Shown here one piece after another: positions 21,863 to 29,862 of a stretch of 32,000 nucleotides of DNA (positions are counted from its first letter, which is position 1; every line of letters starts with the position of its first letter). The stretch is from Fibrobacter succinogenes subsp. succinogenes S85 (GTDB taxonomy: Bacteria; Fibrobacterota; Fibrobacteria; Fibrobacterales; Fibrobacteraceae). The notes beneath the pieces were generated by a model. The model saw only the letters and a list, made by a program, of their open reading frames with translations. It searched no databases and was not told the origin of the DNA. The stretch lies in contig NC_017448.1 of the NCBI RefSeq assembly GCF_000146505.1, positions 3,811,005 through 3,843,004 of the forward strand, in the 5' to 3' direction. The position numbers were made by a program, and so were the translations under genes.

Positions 21863-24753
21863 TGGCTGTAACGTTGGATTCTCTCAGAAAGACTGTAAAA
21901 AAGAATAAGGGGCGTTCTCAGGCTTTGGCCTGGCTTGCCGACATGGAACGTGCTTCGGGTGACTACGAAGCCGCCCTCAAGACGGTGGATGCCGCTCTTG
22001 CCGCGTCTCCGTCCGATATTCCGGCAATGTTGGTCCGTGCCAAGATTTTGGCGGGCCAGCAGGATTTTGCGGGGAGTATCTCTGAATACAAGAAGGTGCT
22101 CGCCAAGGATCCGTTCTGTCTCTCTGCCCATAAAAGAATGGGGGAATCCTACGATAAGCTTGGCAAGGAAGCCGAACGCAACGCCTGCTTCCGCCGTGTT
22201 CACGACATGGACCCGCTAGACCCGTTCTGGAAAGATGAATACGATGTCTTGACCGAAGAAGAACAGGCTAGCCTGGTTGCTCCGCCGATGGACGATAGCT
22301 CGTTCACGATGGATGTTACTGACGATTCTGAAAATGCAGAATCTGGCGAAGACAATATCTTTGCAAATCTTGCAGCATCGCTTCCGAATACGGACGAAGA
22401 AGACAACTCTTCGATGGATGCTTTGCGCAACTCTCTTAATTTTGCTTCTGATGAAATCGCCAAGGGTGGCGATGAGGTTCAGGATGCAAGCTTTGATCAA
22501 GCCTTGAATTCGTCCGAAGTGTCGTCTGCAATTTCTGACATCTTGGGCGGTGATGACGATCTTGACGTGGAGGAATCTTCCGGTGAAAAGTCTTCCGCTT
22601 CGTCTTCTCTCTTCTCGCATTTTGCGGATGAGAACGAAAAGGCTGATGAAGCTGTTGAACCGCAGCTTGAAGAAAAATCTAACGAAAATGAATTTAGTCT
22701 CGACAGTCTGGACGAACCGCTAGAAGCGGACGAACATGCGACGAATGTCGATGATGCATTCTCTTCGCTTTTGGGAGAAGATGAACTCCCGGAAGAAGCT
22801 CCGGCTACACAAAGTGCTGCTCCTGCACAGGAAGAGGGGGGACTGTTTGAAAAGTCCGCCGATGCAGACTTTAGCCTGAATGAAAATGCAAGCTTGGACG
22901 AAGGTGCAGGTCTGAATGAAGACTCCGGCTTGAACGAAGGTACTGATGCTCCGGCTGAATCTCTTGATGTGCCGGATGAAGAACCGACGGATCAGGAAAA
23001 CCTTGCTGGCGGGCATTCCGAAAGTGCCATTCCGACGACGCACATGGATTTCTCGGATGAAGAAGACTATGGTGAACCGAATCTTCTTAATTTGGATGAA
23101 TCCGAAGAACCTAAGGCAGAAGAATCTGCAACGAATGTCGATGATGCGTTCTCTTCGCTTTTAGGCGATGATGAACTCCCCGAGGAAAAGTCCGAAAAGC
23201 CCGCTGAAACAGCTGAAGAAGAAGTTTCTTTAGAAGAGCCTATTGCAGAACAGCCGGCAGAAGAAACTGTTGAAGAGGCTGTTGAAGAAACTGCCGCTCC
23301 GGTTGAAAAAACTGCTGCCGAACCTTCTCTTGAAGAAACCGCATCTGAAAGTGAATCTGCTGAATTGACTTTGGATGAACCGGCTGCGGAAGAGTCAACT
23401 GCAGATGAGTCTACTGAAAAAACGCTTGAAGAATCTGTCGAAGATTCTTTTGGTAGTTTGTTTGAAAAGTCTGCCGATGCAGATTTCAGCTTGAATGACG
23501 AACCTTCGGCTGACGAGTCCTCGGAATCTGTTCTTGAAAAGGCTCCTGAATTTACCCCGACGGAATCTGCGGAAAATATCGCACCGGCAGCAGGTCTTGT
23601 TCCGACCTCTCACATCGACTTCTCTGATGAAGAAGATGCACCGAAGGCTGATGATGATTTTGTCTTGGATTTAGACGAAGAAGCTCCGGCGGAAAAGCTT
23701 GAAGAACCTGCTGCTGAAGAAGTTGCTGAAAATGTTGCCGAAGCTCCTGCTGAGTCTTTGGAAAATGTGGCAACTGAAGAAGATGAATCTGCCGCTGATG
23801 AAGTGGATGGCGCCTTTGACGCTCTCTTCGGTGACGATGATGACGCTCCGGCTGAAAAGGCTGTTGAAGAAACGCCTGTTCAGGAAGAACTTGCTGCTGA
23901 CGAATCTCCGAAGGAAGAAGACTTAGCTAAAGAAATGGGTGGCGCATTTGCCTCCATGTTCGGCGATGATGATGCTACGCCTGCTGAATCCGCTCCTGCT
24001 GAAGAACCGGTTGAAAAAGCTCCTGCTGAAGAACTTTTAAGTCAGGAAGCGACAAGCGCAGAATTTGAAGAAGAAGCGGTCAAGGATGACGTTGAAAAGA
24101 GCGTCGATGAATCCTTTGATAGTATCTTCGGTGCTGATGCCGATGACCTTCCGGAAGAAAAATCCGAAGTTGCTGAAGCTCCTGCTGACGCTTCGACTAG
24201 CTCAGTGACCGAAAATATTGAAGAAACCGCAGCTCCGGCCGAAGAACCAACAAGCGTGTTCTCTGCTCCGATTGATTCTTTTGAAGAACCGTCTGACGAG
24301 ACTCTCGAAGAGCCTGCCGCAGAACAGCTTGAAGAACCTGTTGCTGAAACGGCTGAACCGGTCGCAGAAGAAGCTCCTTCCGCTGAACTCGATTCCATTG
24401 ACTCCGAAGTTTCTAACGCATTCAAGGGCCTCTTTGACGAAGACGATTCTTTGCCGGAATCCGATGAACCGAACAATAACGGTGTAGATTACCTGATGTC
24501 CGGCGATTCCGATGATGAGGTGGCTGCAAGCCTCGTTGAAAATGCCGATGCTCCGCTATCCCGAGGTGCTACCGATTTGGACGACAGTCTGAACACGCGT
24601 ACGCTTGCGGACATTTATATGGAGCAGGGCGTTTACGATAAGGCTCTTGAAATTTATTCGGATCTTGCCAAGAAAAATCCGGATAACGAAGATATCAAAT
24701 CTCGTCTTGAAGAAGTAAAGAAACTCTGTCGCGAAAAGTTTGGAGAAGTCTAA
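21859..24753 (+). CDS. Extremely acidic repeat protein capped by N- and C-terminal TPR-like segments
   Basis: 964 aa. The N-terminal approx. 120 aa is TPR-like (GDYEAALKTVDAAL..., YKKVLAKDPF). Residues approx. 125-900 are almost devoid of K/R and rich in E/D/A/S/P. The C-terminus TRTLADIYMEQGVYDKALEIYSDLAKKNPDN is TPR-like. Confidence 0.8.
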   Translation: MMAVTLDSLRKTVKKNKGRSQALAWLADMERASGDYEAALKTVDAALAASPSDIPAMLVRAKILAGQQDFAGSISEYKKVLAKDPFCLSAHKRMGESYDKLGKEAERNACFRRVHDMDPLDPFWKDEYDVLTEEEQASLVAPPMDDSSFTMDVTDDSENAESGEDNIFANLAASLPNTDEEDNSSMDALRNSLNFASDEIAKGGDEVQDASFDQALNSSEVSSAISDILGGDDDLDVEESSGEKSSASSSLFSHFADENEKADEAVEPQLEEKSNENEFSLDSLDEPLEADEHATNVDDAFSSLLGEDELPEEAPATQSAAPAQEEGGLFEKSADADFSLNENASLDEGAGLNEDSGLNEGTDAPAESLDVPDEEPTDQENLAGGHSESAIPTTHMDFSDEEDYGEPNLLNLDESEEPKAEESATNVDDAFSSLLGDDELPEEKSEKPAETAEEEVSLEEPIAEQPAEETVEEAVEETAAPVEKTAAEPSLEETASESESAELTLDEPAAEESTADESTEKTLEESVEDSFGSLFEKSADADFSLNDEPSADESSESVLEKAPEFTPTESAENIAPAAGLVPTSHIDFSDEEDAPKADDDFVLDLDEEAPAEKLEEPAAEEVAENVAEAPAESLENVATEEDESAADEVDGAFDALFGDDDDAPAEKAVEETPVQEELAADESPKEEDLAKEMGGAFASMFGDDDATPAESAPAEEPVEKAPAEELLSQEATSAEFEEEAVKDDVEKSVDESFDSIFGADADDLPEEKSEVAEAPADASTSSVTENIEETAAPAEEPTSVFSAPIDSFEEPSDETLEEPAAEQLEEPVAETAEPVAEEAPSAELDSIDSEVSNAFKGLFDEDDSLPESDEPNNNGVDYLMSGDSDDEVAASLVENADAPLSRGATDLDDSLNTRTLADIYMEQGVYDKALEIYSDLAKKNPDNEDIKSRLEEVKKLCREKFGEV
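22738..23067 (+). repeat. Intragenic repeat module 1 (sub-blocks A-B-C) in the acidic protein gene
   Basis: Block A, 22738-22797 (NVDDAFSSLLGEDELPEE). Block B, 22843-22885 (LFEKSADADFSLN). Block C, 23029-23067 (IPTTHMDFSDEED). All three recur in the same order in module 2. Confidence 0.75.
23128..23637 (+). repeat. Intragenic repeat module 2 (sub-blocks A-B-C) in the acidic protein gene
   Basis: Block A, 23128-23187, is 53/60 nt identical to 22738-22797 by hand alignment. Block B is 23458-23500. Block C is 23599-23637 (VPTSHIDFSDEED). Confidence 0.75.
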
Positions 24754-24754
24754 T

Positions 24755-25855
24755 ATGGCTGAACTTCGCATCGAACAGCTCTTGCGTGAGATGGTGAACC
24801 GCAAGGCGTCTGACTTGCATTTGCGAGTTGGCGTTCCGCCTGTTTATCGTATCAATGGCGCGTTGCAAAGACTTTTTGATGTGCGCATCGATAGCGCCAT
24901 GATGGATTCCTTCTTGGATGATATCATGAATCGCGATCAGAAACAGCGTTTTGAAGCGAACAAGGAATGCGACTTTGCCGTGGGCGCCCGCGATATGGGC
25001 CGTTTCCGTGTGAACGTGTTTCGCCAGCGTGGTACAATCGCAGTTGTGATTCGTCATATCAAGGCTGTGATTCCACCGTTCGAAGAATTGCATTTGCCCG
25101 AAATCATTCGCGATTTGGCTTTGACCAGGCGTGGCCTTGTGCTTGTGACGGGTACGACGGGTTCGGGTAAGTCCACAACGCTTGCCTCGATGATTGACTA
25201 CATCAATCAGAAAGAATCTGTGAACGTCATTACAGTCGAAGACCCGATTGAATACCTTTATCGTGATAACGTGGCGATTATCTCGCAGCGTGAAATTGGT
25301 GTGGATACGCTTTCTTACGCGAATGCACTCCGTGCCGCGCTCCGTCAGGACCCGGATGTGCTCCTTGTGGGCGAAATCCGTGACCTTGAAACGATGCAGA
25401 TTGCGCTTACCGCTGCCGATACGGGCCACATGGTGTTTGCGACTATCCATACGACGAACGCCGTAGAAACGATCCACCGTGTGCTTTCGATGTATCCGCC
25501 GCACCAGCATGACGAAATTCGTCTGTTGCTTGCCGAAGTCTTGGTGGGTATCATTTCGCTCCGTCTTTTGCCGACGAAGGATGGCAAGGGGCGAGTCCCT
25601 GCTGCCGAAATTCTCGTGAATACGGGTGCCATCAAGGAATACATCCAGGACAAGAACAAGATTGACATGGTGGAACAGGCTGTTGCCGAAGGCCACATTC
25701 AATACCATAGCCAGACGTTCGACCAGGCGCTCCTCGAACTTTACCAGAACGAGCAGATTTCGCTTGAAACGGCTATGAATGCTGCTACGAACCGCGATGA
25801 CTTTGACCTTAAGATTCGTGGTATCTCTGGTACATCTGACCGCGGCTGGATGTAG
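24755..25855 (+). CDS. pilT: Type IV pilus retraction ATPase PilT family
   Basis: N-terminus ...KASDLHLRVGVPPVYRINGAL. Walker A GTTGSGKSTT. Walker B/Asp box DPDVLLVGEIRD. His box ATIHTTNAVETIHR. ATG lies 1 nt after the upstream stop. Confidence 0.9.
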   Translation: MAELRIEQLLREMVNRKASDLHLRVGVPPVYRINGALQRLFDVRIDSAMMDSFLDDIMNRDQKQRFEANKECDFAVGARDMGRFRVNVFRQRGTIAVVIRHIKAVIPPFEELHLPEIIRDLALTRRGLVLVTGTTGSGKSTTLASMIDYINQKESVNVITVEDPIEYLYRDNVAIISQREIGVDTLSYANALRAALRQDPDVLLVGEIRDLETMQIALTAADTGHMVFATIHTTNAVETIHRVLSMYPPHQHDEIRLLLAEVLVGIISLRLLPTKDGKGRVPAAEILVNTGAIKEYIQDKNKIDMVEQAVAEGHIQYHSQTFDQALLELYQNEQISLETAMNAATNRDDFDLKIRGISGTSDRGWM

Positions 25856-25866
25856 TTTAGACGAAA

Positions 25867-25896
25867 GGCGAGCAAAAATGCTCGCCTTTTATCTTT
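25867..25896. terminator. Rho-independent terminator between convergent genes (pilT and the beta-helix lipoprotein)
   Basis: GGCGAGC-AAAAAT-GCTCGCC followed by TTTTATCTTT on +. On the - strand the same stem is followed by TTTCGTC. Confidence 0.75.
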
Positions 25897-25936
25897 AGTC
25901 TTTCGTCTGTAGGGCCTCTACGGCCCGTTCTTTCGT

Positions 25937-28075
25937 CTACTTCGTATAAACGCAGCGATCGGTGCTGTTTCCGAAGCAGGTCTTGGTCATGCCGCTCACG
26001 CTGCTCACGACGCCCGGCTTACCTACGCTAGAGACCATCTTGCTACCCGAGAAGCTTGGCTTGAATGCGATATCCGATGTGCCATAATAGCTATTGGTGT
26101 CGAAATTAACGCTGTATTGTGTACCTTCTTCGGAGTTGTTTGTGCCGAATCCGAGCAACTTGCCGCCTGTAATCGATGTTGTTCCGTCGGAATCGACCAT
26201 GCCGCCCATACCGCCGTTCATGCGGCATTCCACGATGATGACGCCTCCGGTGATGCTGATGCCGCCATTGCTGTCGATGCCGTCTGTGTCGCCTGTGCCC
26301 ACGTAAACGTAGTGGTAACCGCCAGAGACCTTGAGATTCCCGGTGCTACCGCCCATGCCTCCGCCTGCTCCGCCCCAGCCGCCGCGACTTGTGTTGCCTG
26401 TGGAGGTCGTGCTTGTGCCGCCGGCTGCATTCCAGCCATCGTCTGTAGTGATGACGCTTGTGATGCCGCCTTCAAAGTTCATGTCCGGAGATTCCATACC
26501 TTCGTAGGCGATGGTCACGCTCACGTTGGCGTTGTCCTTGACGTAGAGTGCTTTTTCGGCGTGGACACCGTCGTCGTCTGTTGCGATGGTCATTGTGCCG
26601 CCGCTGAGCGTGATTGTTCCGCCACTGTGGATACCGTCGTCACGGCTGTTGATGTCAATAACGCCACCGCTGATGGTTATGCTTGAATCGCCCTTGATGC
26701 CCTTCATGCTTTCGCTCGGGGAGCAGGAGCTTCCGCCACCCATGCCGCCCGGGAATCCGCCACCGCCGAATCCGCCGCTGCTACTGGTGTTTAAGCTGAG
26801 GCAGGATTGTCCGCCGCCAGTTGTAATCTTGATGTTCGGACTCTTGGATTCGCCATTGGCAACGACAACTGCGTTTGCTGCCGTGATGCCGTCAAATGCA
26901 GATGTTACGGTGATGGTGCCGCCTGTGATTTCGATGGAACCCTTGCCGTTTGCCAAATCTGTTGCGTCTTCGGTATCGCTCTTGATGCCGTCGCCTTCGG
27001 TCGTGGTGATATTGATTGTACCGCCGCTGATTTCAACGGAGCCTTTACCCTTGAGGCCGTTATTCTTGGCGTTCACGGTGATGAGGCCGTTTTTCACTTT
27101 CAAGTCGTTGCTGGTATGGATACCGTTGTTGTAGTTGGCCTTGACGATAAGCGTACCTTCGCCTTTGATGGTCAGGTCATCCTTGGCGTAAATGCAAGCG
27201 CCCGTCGTATCGGTCTTGGCTTCGCCGGAGTCATTGGTGTAGTTGTAAGTCTTGGTGCGCGAAGAACCGTCCGTGAACGTGTTGGTCGTGCCGTTTTTGG
27301 CAACGACAAAAGCCTTGCTTGCTTTTTGCACGTAAATCGGGGCGTCCGCGGTGTTTGTGAGCGTGAGGCCCTTCATGTTCAGGTAGACGGAACTATCCGT
27401 CTTGGCGGTGTTTACGAGAATCTGGGCGTCGCTACCGCTGTAAGAACCGCTAAAGTCGTATTCGCCGCCGCAAGTAATGGTAACTGTACCGCCCGTAGCG
27501 GTGACGCAGTTATTTGTATTGGCGACCGTTGCGCCGCTTGCGGCGTAGGTGATGACCGGTGTTTCACCGTTGCTAATCACTTGCTGTACGGGGGAGCTTG
27601 AAGAACTTTGTGTGGCAGGCGTGCTAGAGGAACTCTGTACGCTCGGTATCGTCGAGCTGCTTGAATTGACGGCCGGGGCAACGCTGCTTGAAGATGCGGT
27701 GACGGCACTGCTTGTACCGTTGTTAGCGCTGCTTGCCGGAGTGTTGGCGGAGCTGCTCGAAACGGAGACGTTGGAATTCGAGGATGCGTTGAGGCCTGAA
27801 TCGCTAGAATTGGCGACATTGGAATTTGAGGAAATGCCGGAGCCCGAGTCACTAGATACCGAGGTGTTTGATGTCGGAACTGTCTGGTTTTCGCTACCGC
27901 TGCTTGCCGGATTTTCTGTTGCTCCGGTTTCTGTACCAGTCTGCGAGTCGCTAGAGGTGATTCCTTCGCCTGCGTTGTAAAAATCGCCTATGGCGGGGTT
28001 CGAGTCCGAACAGCCAGCGAACATGGCCAAAGAAAGGCCAGAAATGCAACTCATTGTCAGAAGCTTTATTTTCAT
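25937..28075 (-). CDS. Cthe_2159-family (PF14262-like) beta-helix carbohydrate-binding lipoprotein with a Ser/Thr-rich linker
   Basis: MKIKLLTMSCISGLSLAMFAGC (lipobox FAGC). Ser-rich linker at approx. 27581-27958. Repeated beta-helix rungs: VEISGGTINITTTEGDGIKSD, IEITGGTITVTSAFDGITA, ITISGGVIDINSRDDGIHSGGTITLSGGTMTIATDDDGVHAE. Gly-rich loops. Start at 28075 is preferred over 28090. Confidence 0.8.
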   Translation of the reverse strand: MKIKLLTMSCISGLSLAMFAGCSDSNPAIGDFYNAGEGITSSDSQTGTETGATENPASSGSENQTVPTSNTSVSSDSGSGISSNSNVANSSDSGLNASSNSNVSVSSSSANTPASSANNGTSSAVTASSSSVAPAVNSSSSTIPSVQSSSSTPATQSSSSSPVQQVISNGETPVITYAASGATVANTNNCVTATGGTVTITCGGEYDFSGSYSGSDAQILVNTAKTDSSVYLNMKGLTLTNTADAPIYVQKASKAFVVAKNGTTNTFTDGSSRTKTYNYTNDSGEAKTDTTGACIYAKDDLTIKGEGTLIVKANYNNGIHTSNDLKVKNGLITVNAKNNGLKGKGSVEISGGTINITTTEGDGIKSDTEDATDLANGKGSIEITGGTITVTSAFDGITAANAVVVANGESKSPNIKITTGGGQSCLSLNTSSSGGFGGGGFPGGMGGGSSCSPSESMKGIKGDSSITISGGVIDINSRDDGIHSGGTITLSGGTMTIATDDDGVHAEKALYVKDNANVSVTIAYEGMESPDMNFEGGITSVITTDDGWNAAGGTSTTSTGNTSRGGWGGAGGGMGGSTGNLKVSGGYHYVYVGTGDTDGIDSNGGISITGGVIIVECRMNGGMGGMVDSDGTTSITGGKLLGFGTNNSEEGTQYSVNFDTNSYYGTSDIAFKPSFSGSKMVSSVGKPGVVSSVSGMTKTCFGNSTDRCVYTK

Positions 28076-28175
28076 GATTATATCTCCCATTCAACAATTT
28101 TCTTAAAACGTATATTTCTTCAAATATGTTTAAAATGGTTGAATTGTTCTTTTTTAAGGACATTGAAATTTTAAG

Positions 28176-28200
28176 CGGAACAAAAAGTTCCGTACGGAAC
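28176..28200. promoter_or_regulatory. Three-half-site palindrome CGGAAC-N5-GTTCCG-N2-CGGAAC in the divergent intergenic region
   Basis: Read directly. The central GTTCCG can pair with either flanking CGGAAC. It lies 62 nt upstream of the 28262 start and 101 nt upstream of the divergent 28075 start. Confidence 0.3.
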
Positions 28201-28261
28201 GAAAGGGCTCAAATTTTCCATTTTTGGCGAATCCGGCGAGCGAAAATGCTAAATTTGGTAA

Positions 28262-29857
28262 ATGCTTTTAAAGAAAATATTCCCCTTTTTGTCTTGCTTT
28301 TTACTGGTTGCAGGTGTAAGCGAATCAAAGGCGGCTTCGCCGGTTATTGAACCCGAACATTCCCGCAACTTGCGCAATCTTGAAACCGCTCCGATGTTGT
28401 TCGAATACCATCGCCAGACGACGGGCAACGAACGCCAGTACTTTACGTACCCGCGCAGGGACACGACTTTCCGCAAGAATTTCATGAATACGGAAGGGAA
28501 CGCGCTCCTTTACTTTGATAATTTGCGCGGCCCGGGCATTCTAGGGAACGGTCTCGATAGCGCAGGGAATACGATTCCGCGTGTGGCTATTGCGGCAAGC
28601 ATTGTCGGTGGTATTGATTACCGTGGTGGTGAATCGCTTGGAGACCAGGTTTGGACAGGACGAGACTATCGCTATGAAAAAAAGTCCATTGGCGATACGA
28701 TTTGGCCAGGAATTGACGGTGGTCTTTACTTGCGTGGCTTTGTGGATTCTGTAGACTTCGTGTTGGATGCGCGCATTTATAGCGAAGGGCATTCATCGAA
28801 GTCTCCGAAGTCTTTTGATGGTGAATTTCTTGAAATTCAGCGCGAAGAAAATAACTCCGGTGTTGAGTACACGAGCTATGCGCGTTATCGTACGCACTTT
28901 GCGTTCAACTACGACTGGTTGCGCCTTGACTTTGGCCGTGACGTGATGCACTGGGGGCCGGGCTACTACAACAACTTGACCTTGAACCAGTTCGCGCTCC
29001 CGTACAACATGATGAGCTTGGACTTGATGATAGGGCCTCTTCGCGTGATGAGCTTTTACGGGGACTTGCGTATATACGGCAGTATGAGCGACAAGAACAA
29101 GGAATTTACGCGAAACCTGTTCGGTCACCGATATGAATTGGCTGTGGGGAATGCAACGTTCGGTATAAGCGAACTCACTGTGCTTTATGACAATATGAAG
29201 CCTTGGCTTTTTGTGCCGACGGCGCCGTTGTTCATGGAAAAAGGGAACTATTCTGAAAGCAGCAATAACGGATCCATTTCGTTTGACTTTAACTACCGCC
29301 TGTTCAATATGGTGCGTCTTTATACGGAATTTTTCCTGGATGATATGGAATCTCCGATTAGCTTGATCAAGAATGACAATATCGAAGCCAAGTGGGCTTG
29401 GATGGCAGGTCTCCAGGCGGGTCATGATTTTTATTACAAAGGACACAAGATTGAAGCGGGCACGATTTTTGAATATGCCCGTGTAGAACCGTACGTTTAT
29501 TCGCACTTTGATAAGAATACGGCGCAGATAGCGCATCTCGGTTTCCCATTGGGCAATCAGGGTGGCCCGAACAGTCGTACGATTGACTGGAATGTGTTTG
29601 CCCGTTTGGATGGACATATCTTTGCATCTGTTCGTCAGACGTGGTTCTGGAAGGGGACTGATTACGGTAGTGCCGTAAACGATACGACTCCGAAATCAAA
29701 TCACATGAAACTTCCCAAGCATTATTTGAAAGGCGCCAAGCTCCAATATACGATTACGCCTGCCTTGAGTTACGAAGGGCAACGATTCGCATTTTTGGGT
29801 GAACTTTCCTTTGTTGATGATAAACGTGCTTATATCCGTGCAGGATTCAAGTGGTAG
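28262..29857 (+). CDS. Outer-membrane beta-barrel protein, capsule-assembly Wzi-family-like
   Basis: Signal peptide MLLKKIFPFLSCFLLVAGVSESKA. The stretch LRLDFGRDVMHWGPGYYNNLTLNQFALPY resembles the Wzi WGPG block as I remember it. Alternating beta-strand pattern, and a C-terminal aromatic (…RAGFKW). Confidence 0.55.
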   Translation: MLLKKIFPFLSCFLLVAGVSESKAASPVIEPEHSRNLRNLETAPMLFEYHRQTTGNERQYFTYPRRDTTFRKNFMNTEGNALLYFDNLRGPGILGNGLDSAGNTIPRVAIAASIVGGIDYRGGESLGDQVWTGRDYRYEKKSIGDTIWPGIDGGLYLRGFVDSVDFVLDARIYSEGHSSKSPKSFDGEFLEIQREENNSGVEYTSYARYRTHFAFNYDWLRLDFGRDVMHWGPGYYNNLTLNQFALPYNMMSLDLMIGPLRVMSFYGDLRIYGSMSDKNKEFTRNLFGHRYELAVGNATFGISELTVLYDNMKPWLFVPTAPLFMEKGNYSESSNNGSISFDFNYRLFNMVRLYTEFFLDDMESPISLIKNDNIEAKWAWMAGLQAGHDFYYKGHKIEAGTIFEYARVEPYVYSHFDKNTAQIAHLGFPLGNQGGPNSRTIDWNVFARLDGHIFASVRQTWFWKGTDYGSAVNDTTPKSNHMKLPKHYLKGAKLQYTITPALSYEGQRFAFLGELSFVDDKRAYIRAGFKW

Positions 29858-29862
29858 AATGT

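Noticed and set aside
22231-24559. The acidic repeat region as a possible assembly artefact or non-coding tandem repeat
   Set aside because: A single frame stays open for 2.9 kb, repeat copies differ by in-frame and partly synonymous changes, and the region is capped by ordinary TPR-like sequence. It is therefore treated as genuine coding sequence.
17977-25708. - strand ORFs 17977-18666, 19895-20866, 20951-21340, 21793-22203 and 24695-25708
   Set aside because: These are shadow ORFs opposite the GT2 genes, the Trm112-like/acidic gene and pilT. None has a start context or motifs, and each overlaps a well-supported sense gene.
26094-27980. + strand ORFs inside the beta-helix lipoprotein gene (26117-26686, 26586-27134, 26807-27601, 27549-27980)
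   Set aside because: They are the reverse-complement reading of Gly/Ser/Thr-rich repeats, giving Ala/Val/Pro-rich pseudo-proteins. The - strand product has a lipobox and coherent beta-helix repeats.
28793-29617. 274-aa - strand ORF opposite the Wzi-like gene, and 29367-29920 - strand ORFs
   Set aside because: The sense ORF has a signal peptide, a beta-barrel-like pattern and a C-terminal aromatic residue. The antisense product is basic and featureless.
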